Origin: Acidobacteriota bacterium
Lineage (GTDB): Bacteria; Acidobacteriota; Thermoanaerobaculia; Thermoanaerobaculales; Sulfomarinibacteraceae
Direction: 5' to 3'
DNA length: 64,000 nucleotides
Assembly (NCBI GenBank): GCA_022340665.1
Contig: JAJDNM010000029.1
Location: forward strand, 15,627 to 79,626
The notes below the pieces were generated by a model. That model worked only from the letters and a program-made list of their open reading frames with translations. It ran no database searches and was not told the DNA's origin. Shown here piece after piece: positions 57,145 to 64,000 of the stretch; position 1 is the first letter of the stretch, and every line of letters starts with the position of its first letter. A program made the position numbers and the translations under genes.

Positions 57145-58979
57145 TACTGCGTGTCGTCGATCACCGGCAGGATCGCCTGCGGCTGTTTGAACGGCGCGAT
57201 CAGGTAGGCGCCAGCTGCGTGGTCGGGAGCCTGCCGAAGCATCTGAACCGCTCGTTCGTAGCCGACCTTCGCAGCATCGCCCCCGGCCGCCTCGAGCGCC
57301 GAGAGCAGGTCATCGGGCACCAGGATTCCCGGCACCTCATGGTGAAGACGCAGTGCCATTTTGAACGATCGCAACGGCCACACCGCAGCCAGGGTCGGGA
57401 CCGGCAAATTGCCGGCAAAGAGGTCGGCGAAGCGATCCCACGCTCCCCAGTCGAAGCACACCTGACTCATCGCGAAATGGGCACCGTTGTCGACCTTCCT
57501 TCGCAGGCGATCCGCCTCCTTCATCGGGTCCTCGGCAGCAGGATTCACCGCCACACCGATCAGGAATCCCGGAGGATCCCCGATCCGGTTTCCCGCACAG
57601 TCGAAGCCTTCGGCCATTCTCGACAGTGCCCGCACCAGCTCGAAGATGTCGACGTGGTAAACGTCGTGGACACCCGGGAGATCTCCGAGCTGGGAGGGAT
57701 CGCCGGTGATCGCCAACAGGTTGCGAATACCACCCGTCCATGCGCCTAGGAGCTGTGACTGCAGGCCCATCAGGCTCGCATCCCGCGGCGTGATGTGCGG
57801 CACCGCCTCGAGCCCCGCTCGCTGCTGGATGAGCTGGCCGAGGAACAGGGGGTCCATCCGCAGTCTGGCCAGCGGGTTGGAGTTGATGTCGACAGCGTCC
57901 ACGTCCGGGTGGGCTCCAATCGCCTCTGCCGCCTCGAGGATCGCCTCGACGTTGGTCCCCTTCGGCGGATCGAGCTGCACCAAACGCACGAAACGGCCGC
58001 GATCGAGCTTGGACGCGAGCGACGAAGAGGGCTGAACCGGCGCGGGCGTCGGCGTACTTTCGAGCATCACCACGGCGGTTCCCGTCCTTCGCTCGGGCTT
58101 GAGATCGCGCGCCGCCTCGGCAATTGCCCGGATGTGCTCCGCACCGGTGCCGCAGCAACCACCGACGTACGCGGCACCGAGGCCGACCGCCTGCCGGGTG
58201 AACTGCGCGAGGTAGCTCGGAGTCGCCGGCGCCATCAGGATGCGGCCTTCGCGCTGCATCGGCATTCCGGCGTTTGGCGACACCGCGAGAGGCAACCTCT
58301 GTTGCTTCACGTGGCGAAGGATTTCGATCGCTCCCATCGGTCCCGGCGCGCAGTTGACGCCGGCCGCCACGAGATCGAGCTCGGCCAGCTCGTCGATCAT
58401 CCGAGCCTGTTCGAGGTATGGATGGGGAGGCCGCTCGTGGGCGAAGGTCATCATACCGATCAGCGGAAGATCCGTAACGCTGCGCGCCGCCTCGACTGCG
58501 ATCGCCAGCTCGTCGACCCTGAAGAAGGTTTCGAGTACCAGCAAATCGGCGCCACGGCCGGCGAGGATTGCAGCCTGCTCCGCGTGAGCGGTCAGGATCG
58601 TCCTGCGGCCGTCCGGTTCGTCGAGGTCGAGCACACCCGCCAGCGGTGCGATCGATCCGGCTACCAGCACGTCACGGCCCGAAATTTCCCGTGCCTCGCG
58701 TGCCAGCTTGACCGCCGCTGCGTTGGTCTTCTCGGTCAGCTCACCGACGCGACCACGCTGCATGCGTGGCCTCGAGCTGCCGAAAGTCGCAGTTTCGATA
58801 AGCTCCGAACCGGCCTCGATATAGGCCAGGTGGATATCGAGGACCTGCTCCGCGTGCTCGTGCGCTGCGACGTCGAGCCGGGAGCCCTCGGGCAGGCGTT
58901 GCAGCAGCTCCGAGCCCATGCCGCCATCGCCAACGATAACCTCTTTTGACAGCCGCCGTCGAAGCTCCTCGACCTTCAT
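57144..58979 (-). CDS. bifunctional homocysteine S-methyltransferase / 5,10-methylenetetrahydrofolate reductase (YitJ-like fusion)
   Basis: N-terminal Hcy-binding domain (GDGGMGSEL...GGCCGT) and C-terminal MTHFR domain. Start ATG 58979 (ATGA overlap with HAD); the ORF-track upstream extension is rejected. Confidence 0.9.
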   Translation of the reverse strand: MKVEELRRRLSKEVIVGDGGMGSELLQRLPEGSRLDVAAHEHAEQVLDIHLAYIEAGSELIETATFGSSRPRMQRGRVGELTEKTNAAAVKLAREAREISGRDVLVAGSIAPLAGVLDLDEPDGRRTILTAHAEQAAILAGRGADLLVLETFFRVDELAIAVEAARSVTDLPLIGMMTFAHERPPHPYLEQARMIDELAELDLVAAGVNCAPGPMGAIEILRHVKQQRLPLAVSPNAGMPMQREGRILMAPATPSYLAQFTRQAVGLGAAYVGGCCGTGAEHIRAIAEAARDLKPERRTGTAVVMLESTPTPAPVQPSSSLASKLDRGRFVRLVQLDPPKGTNVEAILEAAEAIGAHPDVDAVDINSNPLARLRMDPLFLGQLIQQRAGLEAVPHITPRDASLMGLQSQLLGAWTGGIRNLLAITGDPSQLGDLPGVHDVYHVDIFELVRALSRMAEGFDCAGNRIGDPPGFLIGVAVNPAAEDPMKEADRLRRKVDNGAHFAMSQVCFDWGAWDRFADLFAGNLPVPTLAAVWPLRSFKMALRLHHEVPGILVPDDLLSALEAAGGDAAKVGYERAVQMLRQAPDHAAGAYLIAPFKQPQAILPVIDDTQ

Positions 58980-59749
58980 CCTATGGCCCCAGCCTTCACA
59001 AGCTTGGCCCAACCTGCCTCCAGAGTTCCGTCCAATGCAGCGGCAAGGAACGAATCGAGGTCCCCCCGGCCCACGATGGCGGCCGCAGGATACGGTTCCG
59101 GCGCCCCATCCGGTGCAATCCAGTACGCCGGGATGCCGGCCTCTCCCGCACACATCACATCCCAGCCCCAGTTGTCACCAACCATCACGCACTCCTCGGG
59201 ACGTCTCCCGAGCTGATCGACGATTTCCTCGAAGTACGCAGGGCTCGATTTGGTCGCATGGCAGTTCTCGTAGACTGTGACCAGATCGTAATCGAAGCGG
59301 TCGACTCCCACCCCACCCCAGGCCATGCGCTGTTCGATGGCCGTCCTTGGGAACAGCGGGTTGGTGGCGACCACGACCTGCAAATCTCTGTTGTTTGCCC
59401 ACTCGACGATCTTCGGCGCTGCGGGCCGTGGCCGGGTGAGCGGCTCGAGCCGCGGAAATGCCTCGGCGTAGAAACGGCCGAGCACAGGCTCCAACTCCTC
59501 CCGAGACACACCCAGCGCCGGGTAGAAGGTCGCCGCAAAAACCTCCTCGTTGCTCGGACCGCTACCGTCGTTTCGATCCATCGCCCGGGTCGCGTGCAGC
59601 AGCTTCTCGATGAAGCGCTTGGGATCGATAACCGACGCCACGAACGACTCCAGAGCGCTGAAGTACGCCGGGATGAAGGTATCCATCGAGTTGTCGATCA
59701 ACGTGTCGTCCAAATCGAGCAACAGTGCCTTCAAAGCTGGAGAATTCAT
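58976..59749 (-). CDS. HAD-superfamily hydrolase
   Basis: LLLDLDDTLID motif I and GDNWGWDVMCAGEAG motif IV. Confidence 0.8.
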   Translation of the reverse strand: MNSPALKALLLDLDDTLIDNSMDTFIPAYFSALESFVASVIDPKRFIEKLLHATRAMDRNDGSGPSNEEVFAATFYPALGVSREELEPVLGRFYAEAFPRLEPLTRPRPAAPKIVEWANNRDLQVVVATNPLFPRTAIEQRMAWGGVGVDRFDYDLVTVYENCHATKSSPAYFEEIVDQLGRRPEECVMVGDNWGWDVMCAGEAGIPAYWIAPDGAPEPYPAAAIVGRGDLDSFLAAALDGTLEAGWAKLVKAGAIG

Positions 59750-59768
59750 TCAGGGAGTATAGCGACAC

Positions 59769-59990
59769 GGATTCGGGATTTCGGATTTCGGAATTCTGAG
59801 TTCGGAATGCCACCCGCCCAAGCCTTGAAAAACCGCAGATCACGCAGATCGACGTTGATGTCAAGACAACCGGCGAAGAAACGTGGGTGACCCTAGCGCC
59901 AGCCCTATTCACCCTCTCCCCTCCGAAAGACGCGGAGGGCGCGGACCTACGTGACTTTCTGAGGGTGGGTGGGCGGGGGGAGGGGGCGGG
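59769..59990. repeat. repeat-rich divergent intergenic region (GGATTTCGGAATTC heptamers, CCACCCGCCC, GAGGGTGGGTGGGCGGGGGGAGGGGGCGGG)
   Basis: Same motif families as elsewhere in the window, lying between the HAD and TauE genes. Confidence 0.85.
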
Positions 59991-60187
59991 ATGCATAGTG
60001 CCGGCGGCGTTTCCATCGGCAGCGCCGCCCGCCGGCGCGCCGACGGCGCGTAGTGGAGGAGGGCCGACGGATCGAAGAGGGCTCGTCCTCGGAGAGCCGG
60101 TGGACCGAGGACACCTGGCCGCGATCGCAGATCGCGGCCGGCGGGCTCATGCACGGAGCATGTCACAATCGGGGCGTGACACCGACG

Positions 60188-60928
60188 ATGTGGTTGCTGG
60201 TCCCGTTGTGCGCGCTGGTGGCGGCTGCGTACGCGGCGGTCGGGCTGGGCGGCGGCACCGGCTACCTGGCGCTGATGACCCTCTTCGGCATCGACACCCA
60301 GAGCATGCCGTCGACCGCCCTCATGCTCAACGTCGTCGTCACCGGAGCCGCCCTACTCCGTTTTGGCGTGGCCGGACGTCTTCGCACCGACCTGCTGGCG
60401 CCGTTTCTGGTTACCGCCATACCTTCCGCCTTCGTGGGCGGACTGATCGATGCACCGCGACGTGCCTTTCTTCTGGTTCTCGCCGTCGGTCTAGCGGCGG
60501 CGGCCGCGGCGATGCTCAAGACGGCTGCGAGCCCCGACGATCCTGTCACTCCGAGCCGGGCCCGACTCTGGTCGGTGGCGATTCCGGCCGGGACCACCAT
60601 CGGCCTCGCCTCGGGCTTCCTCGGTATCGGCGGCGGGATCTTCCTCGGTCCGTTGATCCTCCTTCTCGGTTGGGCAGGCCCACGCGAGGTCGCGGCGATT
60701 AACTCGGCCACCGTTCTCATCCTTTCGGTTGCCGGCCTGACGGCACACGGTCTTCGTGGATCGGTTGATCTCCAGATCGCTCTCCCTCTCGGAGTCGCGG
60801 TGCTCGTCGGCGGCCTCGCCGGTGCGCACCTCGCCGAGAGCAAGTTATCCGCTACGACCCTCAAACGGCTCTTCGCGGTCATCGTCCTCGTCGCCGCAAT
60901 CCGAGCGGCCTTCCTCGCATTCTCATGA
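60188..60928 (+). CDS. TauE/SafE (DUF81) family anion exporter membrane protein
   Basis: Twofold internal repeat of GLGGGTGYLALM ... GFLGIGGGIFLGPLILL motifs. Start uncertain (ATG 60188 or 60149). Confidence 0.8.
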   Translation: MWLLVPLCALVAAAYAAVGLGGGTGYLALMTLFGIDTQSMPSTALMLNVVVTGAALLRFGVAGRLRTDLLAPFLVTAIPSAFVGGLIDAPRRAFLLVLAVGLAAAAAAMLKTAASPDDPVTPSRARLWSVAIPAGTTIGLASGFLGIGGGIFLGPLILLLGWAGPREVAAINSATVLILSVAGLTAHGLRGSVDLQIALPLGVAVLVGGLAGAHLAESKLSATTLKRLFAVIVLVAAIRAAFLAFS

Positions 60929-60981
60929 TGAGTCCGGGTTAGAATGCCTGCTCGGTTTTGACCATTGCGCCGAGGAGAGAA

Positions 60982-63237
60982 ATGATTAGCGATACCAAAG
61001 ACACAGACCGTGTCGGCATCCTGACGAGCGGCGGTGATGCGCCCGGAATGAATGCTGCCCTCCGTGCAGCTGTTCGTACGGCGCTCGACTCGGGCACGGA
61101 GGCCGTTGCCATCAGCGAGGGACTTCTCGGACTGGTCGAGGGTGGCGACAGGTTCCGGCAGCTGGACTGGGACGCAGTCGGCGGGATCATGCACAAGGGT
61201 GGCACCGTCATCGGAACGGCTCGATGCGAGGAATTCCGCGCCCGGGACGGGCGGCTTCGTGCCGCGCAGAATCTGGTCGAACACGGTATTGATCGCCTCA
61301 TCGTGATTGGCGGGGATGGCAGTCTGACCGCCGCCGATCTCCTGCATCGGGAATGGCCCGGTTTGATCGCGGAGCTCGAAGAAGGGGGTCGCATTTCGCC
61401 CGGGGCTGCAAAACGATTCTCTCACCTTCGACTGACCGGTATCGGTGCTTCGATCGACAACGACATGTCCGGCACCGACATGTCGATCGGCGCCGACACC
61501 GCGTTGCACCGGATTGCCGAGGCGGTTGACGCGATCAGTGCGACGGCCGCCAGCCACCAACGCACCTTCGTAGTCGAGGTCATGGGTCGACACTCTGGCT
61601 ACCTTGCATTGATGAGCGGCCTGGCGACCGGCGCAGATGCGGTCTTCATTCCGGAGGCCCCTCCGTCCGGTGATTCCTGGAAGGAAATCCTACCGAAGCG
61701 GCTGCGCGCGGGCCGCCAGGCCGGACGCCGAGACAGCATTGTTCTCGTAGCCGAGGGTGCAATCGACAGCAACGGCCAGCCCATCACCGCGGTCGGGATC
61801 AAACAGGTCCTCGAAGAGAGTCTGGAAGAGGAGGTCCGGGTCACCATCCTTGGCCACGTCCAGCGCGGCGGTGCTCCATCGGCTTACGACCGTCTGATGG
61901 GAACGCTGCTCGGCCACGCAGCCGCGCTCGAGGTGTTGGCGGCTGATGCCCAATTGACGCCGCAGCTGGTCGGAGTGCGCCACAGCCGGATAACACGGCG
62001 GCCGTTGGGCGAATGTGTCGAGGCCAGCCAGGCGGTGACGTCGGCAATCACGAGCAACGACTCCAATGAAGCGCTGCGGCTGCGCGGCGACAGGTTCTCG
62101 GAAAACATCGACACGCTGCAGACCCTGCTGCGATCACTCCCGAACCCGCCCAGTGCAGGACAGCGGCGACTGCGTCTGGCGGTGCTGTCGTCGGGCGGAC
62201 CCGCGCCTGGAATGAACACCGCCACTCGCGCCGCCGTGCGTCTCGCCCTCGACGAGGGCCACCAGATGCTCGGGGTTCGGGGGGGATTTCAGGGTCTGAT
62301 GGACGGCCATGTCGAGGAGTTCGGCTGGATGAGCGTCCGAGGCTGGACGACTGCCGGTGGCTGCGAGCTCGGAGTCAACCGCGTCATTCCGCGCGGGAAG
62401 GACTTCTACTCCATCGCCCGCCGGATCGAGGACCTATCGATCGACGGCATCCTGATGATCGGCGGTTGGTCAGGATATGACTCCGCCCTCCGCATGACTC
62501 GCAAGCGCGAGTCATTCCCCGCGTTCGAGATCCCGATCATCTGTCTGCCCGCAACCATCAACAACAACCTGCCCGGGTCGGAGCTTTCGATCGGATCTGA
62601 CACGGCGCTCAACGCGATCGTTGAAGCGGTCGACAAGATCAAGCAGTCGGCGGTGGCGTCGCGGCGTTGCTTCGTGGTCGAGGTCATGGGTCGCTATTGC
62701 GGCTACCTCGCCCTCATGGCTGGTCTCGCGAGTGGTGCCGAACGGGTCTACCTCAACGAAGAGGGAGTGTCCATCGCCGATCTCCAGGAGGATGTGGAGG
62801 CGCTCATTTCCGGTTTCTCCGGAGGCAAGCGCCTCGGCTTGATGATCCGGAACGAGATGGCCAATCCCTGTTACGACACGCAGTTCATGGTCTCTCTTTT
62901 CGAGGAGGAAGGCCAGGATCTCTTCGACGTCCGCCAGGCGATCCTCGGCCACCTCCAGCAGGGCGGCGATCCGAGTCCCTTCGATCGCATTCTGGCGACC
63001 CGCCTCGCCAAGCGATGCGTCGAACGGCTGATCGACGAGGCCGAGGCCGGAACCGACGCCGCTCTCGCGATCGGCCTGAACGACGGCAAGATAGAGTTCA
63101 CCGAACTCGAAACGCTTCGTCGTCAGGTGGATTCCGAACACCAGCGGCCGAAGTCGCAGTGGTGGATGGATCTGCGCCCTATCGCCAAGATACTTGCCCA
63201 GCCGGGACCATCTGGAGACGCGACCACGGACGACTGA
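60982..63237 (+). CDS. tandem-duplicated ATP-dependent 6-phosphofructokinase (eukaryote-like two-lobe PFK; catalytic N-half, degenerate C-half)
   Basis: N-half: GGDAPGMNA, GGDGS, SIDND, MGRHSGYLAL, HVQRGG. C-half: GGPAPGMNT, GGWSGY, TINNN, MGRYCGYLAL, HLQQGG. ATG 60982 with GAGGAGAG RBS. Confidence 0.9.
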   Translation: MISDTKDTDRVGILTSGGDAPGMNAALRAAVRTALDSGTEAVAISEGLLGLVEGGDRFRQLDWDAVGGIMHKGGTVIGTARCEEFRARDGRLRAAQNLVEHGIDRLIVIGGDGSLTAADLLHREWPGLIAELEEGGRISPGAAKRFSHLRLTGIGASIDNDMSGTDMSIGADTALHRIAEAVDAISATAASHQRTFVVEVMGRHSGYLALMSGLATGADAVFIPEAPPSGDSWKEILPKRLRAGRQAGRRDSIVLVAEGAIDSNGQPITAVGIKQVLEESLEEEVRVTILGHVQRGGAPSAYDRLMGTLLGHAAALEVLAADAQLTPQLVGVRHSRITRRPLGECVEASQAVTSAITSNDSNEALRLRGDRFSENIDTLQTLLRSLPNPPSAGQRRLRLAVLSSGGPAPGMNTATRAAVRLALDEGHQMLGVRGGFQGLMDGHVEEFGWMSVRGWTTAGGCELGVNRVIPRGKDFYSIARRIEDLSIDGILMIGGWSGYDSALRMTRKRESFPAFEIPIICLPATINNNLPGSELSIGSDTALNAIVEAVDKIKQSAVASRRCFVVEVMGRYCGYLALMAGLASGAERVYLNEEGVSIADLQEDVEALISGFSGGKRLGLMIRNEMANPCYDTQFMVSLFEEEGQDLFDVRQAILGHLQQGGDPSPFDRILATRLAKRCVERLIDEAEAGTDAALAIGLNDGKIEFTELETLRRQVDSEHQRPKSQWWMDLRPIAKILAQPGPSGDATTDD

Positions 63238-63514
63238 CCCGCGTCCACGTCCGTGCCCCGCAATTATGAGCGCTCACCCACTTCAACGACACAGGAGCCA
63301 CCTTTCGCATTGTCCGCCTGGAGCGCGTTACCTGATGGCGAAGCAAAGAATTCGAACAATGCAAAAGATGGCACCAACGCGGCGAAGCGAAAGGCGCAAG
63401 GAGGTGTGGGCGGCACCTCGCTCGCCGAAGCGAGACGGCCCTGTCGCGTCGACGACCCTGCTCACCGCAGCGGAAGGCGCGAAGAAGCGCCAAAATGGAC
63501 GCGCTGGCGTACAG

Positions 63515-63549
63515 CAATTCCGAAATTCGAAATTCGAAATGCGAGAAAG
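63515..63549. repeat. GAAATTC heptamer tandem element copy (AATTCCGAAATTCGAAATTCGAAATGCGAGAAAG)
   Basis: Near-identical to 50021-50056. Confidence 0.9.
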
Positions 63550-63625
63550 AAAAATACCCCCAATACGTCATTCCTCATTCTTAATCCCAATTCGACCGGG
63601 GTTATCCTGTACTCGGAGGGCAAAT

Positions 63626-64000
63626 GTGAAATTCTCAGCTCAGATCGTCCTTCTGGCTCTGGCACTCGCATGCGGTGGAACGAGCGAGCAACCACCTCCG
63701 TTCCTCGACGACAGCTCACAGCTCGCTGAAGGCCCCAACACCGTCACCGCACCGGACGGGGTTGAAATCGCCTACACGGTATCGGGGCACGGCTCGCCGG
63801 CGCTCGTCTTCATCCACGGTTGGATGTGCGACCAGAGCTTCTGGAAAGCTCAGGTCGAGGAGTTCAGCACGACCAACACCGTCGTCACGATCGACCTCCC
63901 CGGGCACGGCCTTTCGGGTACTGAACGCGACCACTGGTCGATGGCGTCCTATGGATCCGACGTCACAACGGTCGTCGAACACCTCGGTCTCGAGAACGTG
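63626..64000 (+). CDS. alpha/beta-hydrolase fold lipoprotein, 3'-truncated at window edge
   Basis: GTG 63626 with GGAGGG RBS. Signal and lipobox LALACGG. VFIHGWMCDQSFW is typical of the alpha/beta-hydrolase N-terminus. No stop before the window end. Confidence 0.7.
   Translation, partial: MKFSAQIVLLALALACGGTSEQPPPFLDDSSQLAEGPNTVTAPDGVEIAYTVSGHGSPALVFIHGWMCDQSFWKAQVEEFSTTNTVVTIDLPGHGLSGTERDHWSMASYGSDVTTVVEHLGLENV

Noticed and set aside
57795-59890. 384-aa and 314-aa plus-strand ORFs
   Set aside because: Antisense to the YitJ-like and HAD genes. Uses TTG/GTG starts and gives Arg/Pro-rich translations.
60262-61593. 443-aa minus-strand ORF (and 62512-63141 minus)
   Set aside because: Antisense to the TauE and PFK genes, both strongly supported.

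Overview
High-GC (~65-70%) bacterial chromosomal segment, densely coding on both strands, with no rRNA, tRNA, CRISPR array, transposase or integrase recognisable by eye. Lineage cannot be assigned from sequence alone; the rubrerythrin and rubredoxin-GltS genes suggest an anaerobic or microaerophilic lifestyle, so a deltaproteobacterial, acidobacterial or candidate-phylum genome is plausible. Housekeeping genes: groES-groEL with a CIRCE operator, typA/bipA, metH, a YitJ-like Hcy-methyltransferase/MTHFR fusion, rsmD, an AlaX-L editing protein, and a DHH-CBS-CCA tRNA nucleotidyltransferase. Efflux: one 5'-truncated RND pump, plus an MFP with two tandem RND permeases. The most system-like feature is a six-gene, translationally coupled minus-strand cluster at 4497-9788. 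It encodes an FdtA-like 3,4-ketoisomerase, a DegT aminotransferase, a hexapeptide N-acetyltransferase, an ArnC/GtrB-like GT2, a GtrA flippase and an ArnT/PMT-like GT-C transferase. This predicts a polyprenyl-phosphate-linked 3-acetamido-3,6-dideoxyhexose transferred to an unknown periplasmic acceptor. Other notable items are a receiver-domain-LpxC fusion, a eukaryote-style tandem 6-phosphofructokinase with a degenerate C-terminal half, and a triple-repeat cysteine-rich lipoprotein. There is also a c-di-GMP/PP2C signalling neighbourhood with two paralogous pseudo-receiver-PilZ proteins, and a 1124-aa TLC-transporter-HEAT-cNMP-binding fusion. Finally, families of 7-8 bp tandem repeats and mosaic inverted-repeat elements occupy many intergenic regions, especially between convergent genes.
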